Below are positions 1 to 9,109 of a stretch of DNA of 57,977 nt, one piece after another. Location of the stretch: the IMG/VR virus record IMGVR_UViG_3300006810_000004, positions 1 through 57,977 of that record; one strand, written 5' to 3'. Source of the stretch: a virus (taxonomy: Duplodnaviria > Caudoviricetes). The position numbers were made by a program, and so were the translations under genes. Every line of letters begins with the position of its first letter. Within the stretch, counting starts at the first letter, position 1. Below the pieces are notes generated by a model. That model worked only from the letters and a program-made list of their open reading frames with translations. It was not told the origin of the DNA and ran no database searches.

Positions 1-94
1 TCTGCAAATGCAGGTACGTCTGCACCTTCTTGGTAACCCCAAATATAGTAATTTGTACTATCTTTAGCTAAAATATTAATTTCAAACAAACCAA
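1..94. repeat. 94-bp exact terminal overlap (copy 1), marking a circular contig
   Basis: Bases 1-94 are identical to 57884-57977, and an ORF reads through the junction. Confidence 0.97.
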
Positions 95-500
95 AGTCTG
101 TAAGAGTTAAGCTTGAGTTAGAGTTTCCATCTGAATAAACAGATACGTTGTCAGCATTTGAATCTAAGTGAACAATACCGCCAATGAAAAAATTAGTATT
201 ACCAGGTGTTAAAATAATTAAATTTTCTGCTTCTTCTGCAGCTCCACCGTAAATTAATTTGTAAGATTGACCTGCAACCGGGGCAGGTAAAGTAATTGTT
301 CTATTAGCTGCAAGTGCAGGAACTACAAGAGTTCTTCCACTGTCAGTTGCTGCATCAAGAGTTTTGTTTTCATCACCTAGTGCTACAGGTGCATCACCCA
401 TAGTTATAATTTCAGTAATCACTCCTGTAGAAGTGTTTTTACTAACTGTTTTAATTGTGCTTTCAGATCTAACTGGACCTGAAAAAGTTGAATTAGCCAT
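1..500 (-). CDS. Virion structural protein (168 aa) spanning the circular join: 500->1 then 57883->57877
   Basis: Hand translation MANSTFSGPVRSE...VPAFADQ*; GAGG SD upstream; open through the join to TAA at 57877-57879; directly after the capsid gene. Absent from the ORF track. Confidence 0.85.
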   Translation of the reverse strand, partial: MANSTFSGPVRSESTIKTVSKNTSTGVITEIITMGDAPVALGDENKTLDAATDSGRTLVVPALAANRTITLPAPVAGQSYKLIYGGAAEEAENLIILTPGNTNFFIGGIVHLDSNADNVSVYSDGNSNSSLTLTDFGLFEINILAKDSTNYYIWGYQEGADVPAFA

Positions 501-509
501 TTTTATTTA

Positions 510-578
510 CCTCGTAGTTATTTATATACTGTCTCTACGTCGTCTGCTAGGTCAGTCAGTATATTAGTTTTCCTAGTT
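510..578 (-). ncRNA. Structured cis-RNA downstream of the major capsid gene (candidate Mu-gpT-DE-like motif)
   Basis: Minus strand: closing stem AUAUACUG/CAGUAUAU, inner hairpin CUG-ACCUAG-CAG, loop CCUAG complementary to upstream CUAGG, and CGUAG complementary to CUACG beside the SD. Confidence 0.6.
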
Positions 579-581
579 TTG

Positions 582-603
582 TATGGGGGCCGAAGCCCCC
601 ATA
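582..603 (-). terminator. C(UUCG)G tetraloop hairpin after the capsid gene (stabiliser or weak terminator; no U-tract)
   Basis: TATGGGGGC-TTCG-GCCCCCATA, 9-bp perfect stem. Confidence 0.65.
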
Positions 604-613
604 TTAAAGTTTA

Positions 614-1519
614 TTATGCTCCAGGGGAACCGAAAATACCTCTAAAGTCTGAGAATCCAAATGAATATCTCTCTCTAGCTTTGTATTTCACGTTGCCTGT
701 TTCAAAGTCGCCTTCCATTTTAGTTTGGATGGCTGCTCTTTGAAAGTGCTTTAACCCGTTAGGTGCATCAGTCTTGATAAAGAACGCGTCTGTATCAGTT
801 AAGTAGTTATTCACTACGTAACCTTATGGAATCATTCCCATGCTTCCAACTGCGTTGATATGGTTATCTGAAGTTCCTACTCTTTGATTAGACTTCATAA
901 GTCTTTCAGCAGTGAATTGAAGATTAACTGGAATAATTAATTTACTACCGTTAAGAGCGACTTTTAAGCCTCTGTCATCAGTAATTCCAGCAATGTCAAT
1001 TAATGCTTGCTCAAGAGATGTCTCGTTAAGATCAGCTGCAGTAGCTAACTCATTCGATACAGTTCCGCCAGTTGTAGGGTGGTCAGTAGCACAAAGCTCT
1101 ATACCATCTCCACCTGTAAAGCTACTGTTAAACGCATTATTTAATACGTTAGCTGCTTTAACTTGCTTGGCGTTACTCATTGAACGGGCTAATGCCTTAG
1201 TGTAACGAGAACTGATTTTGTCATAAAGGTTATCCTCTACGGCTTCCTCAGTAATTGCGAAAGCTAATGCTACAGTTTCGTGTGTATAGCGAGCAGTGAA
1301 AGACTCAGTAGCGTCATCAAAATTAACTGATCCACCTTCTGGTTTTACCTGTGCTGAACCGAAACCGGAAAGCATTACTTCTTCTTCAAATGCACGATCA
1401 GAAGTTTCTGTATCAAAAATTTCTGTGTGCTGGTTTTCATATCGGTCATACTCTAACCCAAACAAAGCGTTAAGGCCTGGTTCAAGTTCTTTGACCAATT
1501 GTGATCTAGATATTGCCAT
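614..1519 (-). CDS. Major capsid protein (Mu gpT-like, 301 codons), interrupted by one in-frame TAA at 824-826
   Basis: MAISRSQLVKELEPGLNALFGLEY N-terminus and KARERYSFGFSDFRGIFGSPGA C-terminus are in one frame; ORFs 824-1519 and 614-814 join as MIP*GYVVNNYLTD. Confidence 0.92.
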
Positions 1520-1531
1520 GTTATTCTCCTA

Positions 1532-2098
1532 TTACGCTAATGCTGTGGTTAATAAATAAGAATGCTCACCAGTGTTAGGTATAACGTAAACATTAACGTT
1601 TGCTGCACCTGTATCACTGTTGCTTGGATCCTTAGAAATACCAATTTGTTTAAATTGTCCGGATGTTGTTACTGTAGAAGTATCTAACTCTTGAGTTGAT
1701 CTGCCAGAAAGGTCACTTCCACCTGTATTGACTAGATCAAAACCACCAAAGTTCATAGCTGCTGTACCAGTTCCATCATGTTGGACTTCGAAGACGATTC
1801 TTGGATCGTCGTACACAAATGCAACAATATCAGAAGCATTTGTGCTTGCTGGATAATGATTGCTAAATGTTGGTTTACCAGTAGTAGGGTGTGTGAAAAA
1901 ACATCCACCAAAAATACCTAAAACTACGTTACCTGCTGCTGCGGCTTCAATACCACCAGCAGTCACGGCAAGAACAGCTTGACCTTGATAGATCGATGTG
2001 CCGTAGTTCGCTGCAATTTTGTATTCGTTTGTTCTTACTTCCCCACCACTAAGATGTCTTACCGGTTTAAAACCGAAAGCTGCGTCTTTATTTGCCAT
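1532..2098 (-). CDS. Capsid-associated/decoration structural protein
   Basis: 188-aa ORF immediately upstream of the capsid gene; Gly/Ala/Thr-rich. Confidence 0.7.
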   Translation of the reverse strand: MANKDAAFGFKPVRHLSGGEVRTNEYKIAANYGTSIYQGQAVLAVTAGGIEAAAAGNVVLGIFGGCFFTHPTTGKPTFSNHYPASTNASDIVAFVYDDPRIVFEVQHDGTGTAAMNFGGFDLVNTGGSDLSGRSTQELDTSTVTTSGQFKQIGISKDPSNSDTGAANVNVYVIPNTGEHSYLLTTALA

Positions 2099-2144
2099 CT
2101 TGTTATGTCTCCATTTATATAGTTAGTCCGATGGCAGAAAAAAT

Positions 2145-2627
2145 TTAATCGTCTTTTCTGTTACCACCGAAGGTTACACGACTTTGCCTTTCAGGTTTAC
2201 TGATTGGCATACTAGGGTGTTGTTCTCTTAAGAGATCGTTTTCTAAAGCTGTTTCCTTATCTCGTGTTTGTTGTTCGAAATAAGCTTTACGCTCTGCTAC
2301 GATTTCTTCTGGAATCTTAGCTAGTATTAAACCACCAACTCCTATTACACCTTTATATTTGCCTTCCTGTATAGTTGGATATGAAGCTGAATGAGCATCT
2401 GCTCTTACAAGTTCAAAGCCTTCTCTTAATCGAGCAGAAAGATTTTTGTTATCTTCTTGCCCTAAAGTTTCGGCTCTTATCCATCTGTGTTTATACCCAT
2501 CTGGTGCAGGCGGTGCATCAAGTGATGACGGGGGTGCCCAAGGTTTCCTTCGAGTCGTTTGTTCTCTGGATTGAGCAGCGCGTGGAGTCTTATTGTTTGT
2601 TTCTTTTGTTATATCATTCATATGCAT
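2145..2627 (-). CDS. Conserved head-module protein
   Basis: PPAPDGYKHRWIR motif; lies between scaffold and capsid genes. Confidence 0.7.
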   Translation of the reverse strand: MHMNDITKETNNKTPRAAQSREQTTRRKPWAPPSSLDAPPAPDGYKHRWIRAETLGQEDNKNLSARLREGFELVRADAHSASYPTIQEGKYKGVIGVGGLILAKIPEEIVAERKAYFEQQTRDKETALENDLLREQHPSMPISKPERQSRVTFGGNRKDD

Positions 2628-3571
2628 TACTCCTTCACGTATTTCGCATATTCTTCTAGTGGCACACCTAATTTTTTAGCTATTGCTACCTGAGAGGGTG
2701 TGAGTCTAACAGTTTTGCGTCCAGTTCTTGAGGTCCTAGTAGCGGATGCAACAGTCTGAACGGGTTTGTTGCTTCCCTGGACTTCCCCACCATCATTAAA
2801 TTTGTGAGGGAATTCTGTTCTGATGCGTTTATCAACTTCATCATAATACTCATCTGAAGTAGGATCATATCCTTCTTGTTCGACAAGTTTTTTGTGGATA
2901 CCGAATGAAGCATAAGTCATTGTTTCATCTTTACCAAACCATTCGTTCTTTTCAGCCCAAGCTTCAGCACGAGGGTCTGGTTTCGGTGTCGCTACATTAT
3001 TTTGTACAGGTTGTTGCACTACTTGTCCAGCGTTATCTGCTTGATCAGCGGTGGTTTTTCTTTGTACTTCAGTAGCTTTAATACGTTCTTCTTCAATTGC
3101 TAACTTAGCAAGAAGCTGATTAGCACTTACTTGAGCATCAATATCTCCTTTAGCTACAGCATTTTTTAAATTGTTTTTTGCTGATTCTAATTGAGATTGT
3201 ACTCTTCCTGTAAACTCATTAACGTATCCGTCATCTAATTCTTTAAATTTACCTTCAAGAGAATCTTTTTCTTCTTTAATCTTTTGAGCAAACTGAACTG
3301 CCGCTTGTTCTCTTCGTTCTGCTTCACGAATTTTATAAGTTAAACGATCAATTCTTTTTTTAACTCCATCGCTATATTCTTCTCTTTCGTCTTTTACTTC
3401 TTCTTTAGCTTCAGTGTTTTCTTTTACTTCAATTGCTTCTGATTTTGTTTCTTCAACTTTAGAAACATTTTCTTTATCTTTTAACTCAATATCAACAGAG
3501 TCTCCTCCGGTATCTAATTCTACCATAGGGTCTGCCTTATTGGTTTCTATTTGTGTTTGTGGTTGTTGCAT
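2627..3571 (-). CDS. Putative capsid scaffolding protein
   Basis: Charged coiled-coil; C-terminal LTPSQVAIAKKLGVPLEEYAK helix; position in head module. Confidence 0.7.
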   Translation of the reverse strand: MQQPQTQIETNKADPMVELDTGGDSVDIELKDKENVSKVEETKSEAIEVKENTEAKEEVKDEREEYSDGVKKRIDRLTYKIREAERREQAAVQFAQKIKEEKDSLEGKFKELDDGYVNEFTGRVQSQLESAKNNLKNAVAKGDIDAQVSANQLLAKLAIEEERIKATEVQRKTTADQADNAGQVVQQPVQNNVATPKPDPRAEAWAEKNEWFGKDETMTYASFGIHKKLVEQEGYDPTSDEYYDEVDKRIRTEFPHKFNDGGEVQGSNKPVQTVASATRTSRTGRKTVRLTPSQVAIAKKLGVPLEEYAKYVKE

Positions 3572-3586
3572 GGTAATCCTTCCATG

Positions 3587-4006
3587 TTAGTGAGTTACTG
3601 CTGATAAAATATCTTCCGGACTATTTACTGTCCCTAGTATTTCATCATCATTAAGTATGCGCAATTCTCCTCCATCTATATTAAGACGAGAACCAGCGTA
3701 TCGGGCAAAAATCACCCAATCTTTTTCTTTGCACCAAGGTCCGTTTGGATATTTAATTTTATCATCATAAGCATCTGGTCCAACAGCCATAACTAAACCT
3801 ACGTTAGTTGCAATCTGACTATCTTCTACAGTTTTATCTGATAATAAAATACCGCCTTTAGTTTTACTTTTAACTTTGTAAGGTAATACTAAAATACGCC
3901 ATCCTGTTGGTACGGGTAATTTTGATTTTTCTAAGACTTCTTCTTGTTCGGCTTTTTCTTTCGCACGTCTTTTAGCAACGTGCTCTGGTAGTATTAAGTT
4001 AGTCAT
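3587..4006 (-). CDS. groES: Co-chaperonin GroES (Cpn10)
   Basis: PTGWRILV...KTKGGILL...GLVMAVGP...FARYAG...ILNDDEILG. Confidence 0.93.
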   Translation of the reverse strand: MTNLILPEHVAKRRAKEKAEQEEVLEKSKLPVPTGWRILVLPYKVKSKTKGGILLSDKTVEDSQIATNVGLVMAVGPDAYDDKIKYPNGPWCKEKDWVIFARYAGSRLNIDGGELRILNDDEILGTVNSPEDILSAVTH

Positions 4007-4196
4007 TTTGCTCCTGTTTCTTTTTTAGCAGGTCCGAGAGTTCCTGTTCTAAGTAGTTTAATGTATCAAGTTGACCTAAATGATTTTGATAATCATTCCA
4101 GTCCTTGACTTGATTACTAATTATTATATCAGTAATTTGTTTTTGTCTAGTTCTAATTAAACGAAACATTTTGTCCGCTAAATAAATACTATCCAT
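3999..4196 (-). CDS. Hypothetical protein
   Basis: 65-aa ORF tightly coupled to its neighbours. Confidence 0.75.
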   Translation of the reverse strand: MDSIYLADKMFRLIRTRQKQITDIIISNQVKDWNDYQNHLGQLDTLNYLEQELSDLLKKKQEQND

Positions 4197-4582
4197 TATT
4201 TTTTAAACAGCTTTGCAGCTCCTTGTGCTCCCTTAATACCAAAACTGGCAGAAATCGCAATATATAATAAATTGTGATAATACGATGGTAAATCTTGTAA
4301 GGCGAGAAAGCCTTTATGAATATGTTCTTGCCAAGGCGTGAATACTAATACGGCAGGTAAAAGTAAAACTATTAAACTTACCTCGTCTTTCCACGATCCT
4401 TTCATTTGGTCTACTGCAGATGCTTCCCAAGCAACTTTACCTGCGATTTGATCTTCTTTTAATTTCTGAGTTGCTTTTATAGTTGTAAGTTTTAATTCTG
4501 TCTTAGCTTTTTTAGTTTCTATGTATCCACTGACGGCGTTGCTAGCAACGCCCATCAATGGTTTTAATAAAAGAGATAACAT
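4196..4582 (-). CDS. Putative holin (3TM / GTA-release holin-like)
   Basis: Hydrophobic segments; SWKDE motif and ISASFG C-terminal helix. Confidence 0.6.
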   Translation of the reverse strand: MLSLLLKPLMGVASNAVSGYIETKKAKTELKLTTIKATQKLKEDQIAGKVAWEASAVDQMKGSWKDEVSLIVLLLPAVLVFTPWQEHIHKGFLALQDLPSYYHNLLYIAISASFGIKGAQGAAKLFKK

Positions 4583-4707
4583 TAACTAAGTATCTTTGAT
4601 AAGATTACTACAACGACTACAGCAACAACACCGGCTTTAATCCAGTCTGACATACCCCAGTCATTCCATTCTTTAATCCATCCCCAAATATCTTTTAATA
4701 GTTTCAT
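4582..4707 (-). CDS. 41-aa single-pass membrane peptide
   Basis: MKLLKDIWGWIKEWNDWGMSDWIKAGVVAVVVVVILSKILS*; TAATG overlap with the holin start. Confidence 0.7.
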   Translation of the reverse strand: MKLLKDIWGWIKEWNDWGMSDWIKAGVVAVVVVVILSKILS

Positions 4708-4712
4708 TTTAC

Positions 4713-4751
4713 TTACCTTCCTAAACACTGACCATCACAACATTCACACAT
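4713..4751 (-). CDS. 12-aa Cys-rich micro-ORF MCECCDGQCLGR
   Basis: Strong AGGAGG SD a few nt before the ATG; fills the intergenic gap. Confidence 0.45.
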   Translation of the reverse strand: MCECCDGQCLGR

Positions 4752-4764
4752 ATCAGTTCCTCCT

Positions 4765-4983
4765 CTAATGAACAGTTACTCTTGCATATGACACTTCTGC
4801 ATCATTTGCAAATAATTCTAACATTGTTTTTGTTTCTTTCACACCTAAATTATCCTGATAAATTTTCTTAGCAGCTACAATTAAAGCAGCACTAAGTAAT
4901 AAAGGATCTCCTACGTATTGTTCAATAAACTCATCTACTTCATCTAATGCCGATTGTTGTTCAATCATAGTTTTCTTTATCAT
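4765..4983 (-). CDS. Hypothetical protein
   Basis: 72-aa ORF in operon. Confidence 0.7.
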   Translation of the reverse strand: MIKKTMIEQQSALDEVDEFIEQYVGDPLLLSAALIVAAKKIYQDNLGVKETKTMLELFANDAEVSYARVTVH

Positions 4984-5172
4984 TTATTTACCTTTTGATT
5001 TTTTACCTGCTTTTTTCTTATTTATCATACCGCCATCTTTAGCATAAGTAGGTACGGAGGTTCCTTGTAGCTTTTTCTTTACATTTTTAACATTATCTAC
5101 TTTAAATCCCATTTTTTTTCCATATTTTTTCTTTAGTGCTTTTCTTAAGCTTGCGGACATTCCATTTGACAT
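4984..5172 (-). CDS. Small Lys-rich protein with YAKDGG motif
   Basis: 62-aa basic ORF after the portal. Confidence 0.7.
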   Translation of the reverse strand: MSNGMSASLRKALKKKYGKKMGFKVDNVKNVKKKLQGTSVPTYAKDGGMINKKKAGKKSKGK

Positions 5173-5175
5173 ATT

Positions 5176-7584
5176 TTAACCTCTTTTCCCTGCTAAAGCA
5201 GTTTCAGAACGCAACATTGCTATATCTTCTTCACTTTTTAGCTTCTCTTGTTCTGCTTGATCCTTTTGTTCTAGTTTTTCTCCCTCAAAACCTAGCTTTG
5301 CAACGTCTAATTGTATTTTTTGCTCTGCTAATTGTCTATTTTGGTCAATTTCTTGTGCTCTTAAGTTAATTTCTTGTTGTTTTAGGTCAATAAGAGGGTC
5401 TTCGTCTTTTCTATTCATAAAGTCTTGCTCTTCAGCAACCATATCGTTAGTCATTTCAGTAATTTTATCTGCAATTTCCTTCTCATTCTGCATTTGGAAC
5501 TGCTGCATTAACTCTGGAGGTAGTTGACCACCGAATTGCGCTGCTTGTTCTTCCATAAGTGGAGCATTCTTTGCTTCAATCTCTTCTCTTGCCATTAATG
5601 ATATATGTTCTGATATATGAGATTGCAAGACACCCATTGTAGGAGGGTTGTTAGCAACTAAAAAGGAACTCATAAACGCTCTGTGAGCATTAATGTGTGC
5701 TTCGTGTGCCTGACCAGGAAAGGCTTGAAGTTTCATCATCTGTAAAGCCTTAGAATTCTCCATACCGGGATCTTCAGGTTGCGGTTGAGCAGGTTTTTGT
5801 AATAATTTGTCTACATCTCTTACTCCTAGTGCATCATACATACGTCTGTAAGCTTCATACATGTTGTGCATTTCAGGATTAGAAGTTGCCATTTGTAATT
5901 GCGTTTGAGCAAGGGTAACTCTTTGAGACATAGAGAATATATTTGGATCTGATACAGGTAAGATATCTACTCTCTCATCAAAGTCTGCTTGTTTAATTGT
6001 TCTGTTACCACCTAAAACTGCATAAGGATATTCCTGTGGAAGACTCTCAGCAAAAACTTTTGCTAGTAATTTAAACTCTAACTTTTGTCCGTGGTGTAAT
6101 CTTTTATGAATAGCATTCATAACTTTTGTACCACGTTCCATGATAGCCATGGTAGTACCAACAGGATTAGCTTGTGAACCTTCGCCCATCTTGTTATCTG
6201 CAATCGAAGCAAATCTTCTACCTGCATCTACAACAAATCCTAGTAGTGCAAATAAAGTTTGACTTGGCTCTTTATAAGGAATCAACATTAAGGATTCACG
6301 AATAGCACCACCCGGTGCATCTACATCTCTAAACTCACCAGGCTGTAAAGGTTGATCGTCATCTCTAACTCTAAGTCCTCTCGCTTTAAAACCTGCAGGT
6401 AAGTTTGATAAGGTACCAGCATCAATAAGTTGTCTAAGCGCAGACGTTGCTGTTCTTGATAGACCACCCAACATATGAATAAGACCAAAGCCATAAAATC
6501 CAAGACCCGGTAAAAATTTATAATGAACAAAGTATTGTATTTTTTTACGAAGAGGATCACCTTCTTTGTAGTTTCTATATATAGCTAAAACTTTGCCAGA
6601 CCCTTCATCAATAGTTACAACATAAGGAAGTCTAATACCTGTAGGCTCTCCTGTTTTTTGATCTTTATCTTCAAAGCCAATTATGTCTAAGTCACAGTGA
6701 AATTCTAAAATAGAAATCTCTTCTGCATTGAGAGGCTTATCGACTCCATCTAACTCGTTGTATTTATCTTGAGCATCGGATACAGAATCATCATAAGATG
6801 TTTGAATATCTATATCTCTATATAGTCCACTGAACTGTTTCTTACGTAACTCATTGCTCATCATCTTCACAACGTGCACAAGTCTTTCACAAGAATTTAA
6901 ATCTGTAGTTCCGTAAGGTACAACAACTTCTTCTGCAGGTACAAATTTAGAAACTGCTCTTCCTCTAACTTCATCGTAATAAACTTTTTTGAAGGCACTT
7001 CCGGCTAACGGTAAATGAAATAACATTTGATCTAAATCTTGATCGTACTCTTCCATCTCATAAGAGATTTGATAGTTCATAAATTCTTTAACACGTTGCG
7101 ATTGTGCTTCTGACTCAGGAGTTATCTCTCCTACAATTTGTGTACGAACAGGTCCTTCTGGTGGTAGTAGTTCTTTGTAAGCTTGCGCTTGAAATTGTGT
7201 TACTGTTTCTGCAAGGAGAGGATGAGTAACACCTGATGCGTTAGCAAAAGGTTTTGTTCTATCTTCATATTTAAATCCTAATAAGTCTAATCCATCTGTA
7301 TAAGTTTTTAACCAATCACTACGAGCATCTTTATCGTGGTCATAGTCACTTGTAAGACTTGATGAGATTTGACTTAGTTCACCGTCTTCTAAAAGTTCTG
7401 CAAGGTTAGCGTAGAATGTTTCTTGGTCCGCGGCCTCTGGAGCAGGGTTCACGATCGCCGAACCATCGTCCAGCATCATCGCACCAGCTTCCATCTCAAC
7501 CCCAGGAAGTTCTATTTGAGATTCGTTACCTGCCTCTATTTCTAATTCTATATCTTCGGTAGGGTTGTTTTTTTCTATAGCCAT
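5176..7584 (-). CDS. Portal protein
   Basis: 802 aa; HPLLAETVTQFQAQAYKELLP, GSAFKKVYYD, LRQLIDAGTLSNLPAGFK; Gln-rich helical C-terminal barrel. Confidence 0.92.
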   Translation of the reverse strand: MAIEKNNPTEDIELEIEAGNESQIELPGVEMEAGAMMLDDGSAIVNPAPEAADQETFYANLAELLEDGELSQISSSLTSDYDHDKDARSDWLKTYTDGLDLLGFKYEDRTKPFANASGVTHPLLAETVTQFQAQAYKELLPPEGPVRTQIVGEITPESEAQSQRVKEFMNYQISYEMEEYDQDLDQMLFHLPLAGSAFKKVYYDEVRGRAVSKFVPAEEVVVPYGTTDLNSCERLVHVVKMMSNELRKKQFSGLYRDIDIQTSYDDSVSDAQDKYNELDGVDKPLNAEEISILEFHCDLDIIGFEDKDQKTGEPTGIRLPYVVTIDEGSGKVLAIYRNYKEGDPLRKKIQYFVHYKFLPGLGFYGFGLIHMLGGLSRTATSALRQLIDAGTLSNLPAGFKARGLRVRDDDQPLQPGEFRDVDAPGGAIRESLMLIPYKEPSQTLFALLGFVVDAGRRFASIADNKMGEGSQANPVGTTMAIMERGTKVMNAIHKRLHHGQKLEFKLLAKVFAESLPQEYPYAVLGGNRTIKQADFDERVDILPVSDPNIFSMSQRVTLAQTQLQMATSNPEMHNMYEAYRRMYDALGVRDVDKLLQKPAQPQPEDPGMENSKALQMMKLQAFPGQAHEAHINAHRAFMSSFLVANNPPTMGVLQSHISEHISLMAREEIEAKNAPLMEEQAAQFGGQLPPELMQQFQMQNEKEIADKITEMTNDMVAEEQDFMNRKDEDPLIDLKQQEINLRAQEIDQNRQLAEQKIQLDVAKLGFEGEKLEQKDQAEQEKLKSEEDIAMLRSETALAGKRG

Positions 7585-9107
7585 TATCTAATCTTTCTTG
7601 TCAATTGATTGATGTCCATAATACCGCCTTGATTCATTTCTGTAAAGGTTCCGTTTTTTCTTGGAATCATAGTAGGGGTATATGTTTCATCAATATATCT
7701 TTGTTCTCCAGGTGAAATGTATTTAGGTATGAACTCTACTTCTACATCATCTCTACTGCCAAAAGTATTGTTTTCTACATATTTTGTTCCTAGATATTTA
7801 TCGAACATAAAAGGTGTAGCTTTAAATGTAATACCATCAGGTGTTGTTATATAAGCTCCTGATTCAATTAATTCTTCTTTTCTGACTCCAGATGCATTAA
7901 GCCTATCCAAAGGTAAAGGATTTTCTATTGTTCCTAAATTTCTATCTTTAGTTAAAAAAGATGTTACTTTTTCCATAATACCTTCAGGGTCAGCTTTTCT
8001 TATTATCTCTCTTACTTCTAACTTTTCTTTATCTCCTACTAAAGTTCCATTACGCGTTCCTTCTTGATAACCCATAATAGGTCTTGTCATTTTGTTAATG
8101 TCCATCATTCCTCCTTGGTTCATTTTATTTTTCATCATTGCAATTTCATTAATTGCTTCTGTGTCTCCTTCAGCTAATTTTTCACCAGCCTCTTCAAAAG
8201 CTTTCTTGTTTGATTTAGTTCCTTTATACATGTCGAATCCTGTACTAACAACCCCAAGAGGCCCCGCAGCTTTTGCTATCACAGGCAGACTACTTACTAA
8301 TGCAGCTAATATAAGTCTTGCTCCTACTTTATCACCTATTCTAGCAAGCCTTTGTGCTTCATTCAGCATTATATTTTTTACAAACCCTGCTTTACCTGTT
8401 AACTTGCCACCTGCTTCTTTTAATTCTCTATCAACAGCTTTAACAAAATTTTTGGTATCTCCTTTAACAACATATCCTGAAACTTTTTCAAAAATAGGAT
8501 CAAAGACTTTTGTGTTTAATTTATACTTTTTGCCATCAATAACTAATTTGGATTTATCTTTTTCTCCGGCTTCAGTAAACATAGTTTTTAATACATTTTG
8601 ATTACCTGCCATAGCTTCAGAAACATATTTACTTCTTAGTTTTTGATAATCGGGATTAGCTCCTAAAAAAGAAGCACTTTGAGTAGCTGATGAAGCGGCA
8701 TCATCACCTAATGATCTAGCATAATTGATGACATTATCTAAGTAGTTCTTTGCTCCTTTAGCACCAGAGCCTTCTTTTAACTCAGGCATTCCTGAACCTA
8801 CATTAACTGTTTTTACTCTTCCTTTGTTTTTAATCTCTATCTCATCGTCTGCAACATATTTTCTATTTACATCTCTATCTACATTATCATAAGCAGCTGA
8901 TCTTCTTGAACCAGGTTGTTCAGACTGAGCATCTTCAAGTCCAGGGCCTACCTGATCTGGTCCCATACCAACAGAAGAGGTGCCTCCTCCTAATTCATTA
9001 ATTAATGATCCAAGATATTTATTATCTTTAAACATATCGAGAGCTGACTTAACTTCACCACCAGGTGCCATTTTGATAGGCGACGTCATTTCGAAAATAC
9101 TTTTCAT
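7584..9107 (-). CDS. Putative internal virion/core protein with repeated MNQGG motifs
   Basis: 507 aa between TerL and portal; MAPGG plus a duplicated MNQGG-x-MDINxxTR. Confidence 0.65.
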   Translation of the reverse strand: MKSIFEMTSPIKMAPGGEVKSALDMFKDNKYLGSLINELGGGTSSVGMGPDQVGPGLEDAQSEQPGSRRSAAYDNVDRDVNRKYVADDEIEIKNKGRVKTVNVGSGMPELKEGSGAKGAKNYLDNVINYARSLGDDAASSATQSASFLGANPDYQKLRSKYVSEAMAGNQNVLKTMFTEAGEKDKSKLVIDGKKYKLNTKVFDPIFEKVSGYVVKGDTKNFVKAVDRELKEAGGKLTGKAGFVKNIMLNEAQRLARIGDKVGARLILAALVSSLPVIAKAAGPLGVVSTGFDMYKGTKSNKKAFEEAGEKLAEGDTEAINEIAMMKNKMNQGGMMDINKMTRPIMGYQEGTRNGTLVGDKEKLEVREIIRKADPEGIMEKVTSFLTKDRNLGTIENPLPLDRLNASGVRKEELIESGAYITTPDGITFKATPFMFDKYLGTKYVENNTFGSRDDVEVEFIPKYISPGEQRYIDETYTPTMIPRKNGTFTEMNQGGIMDINQLTRKIR

Positions 9108-9109
9108 AA

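Noticed and set aside
364-567. Antisense and alternate-frame ORFs in the track (e.g. 364-567, 993-1205, 8092-8601, 33550-33867, 48466-48861, 54557-54967)
   Set aside because: Shadows of well-supported genes on the opposite strand, with no RBS or motifs
824-826. Genome-wide TAA-to-Gln stop codon reassignment
   Set aside because: Dozens of genes end in TAA with TAATG coupling, other long genes are intact in the standard code, and no suppressor tRNA was seen
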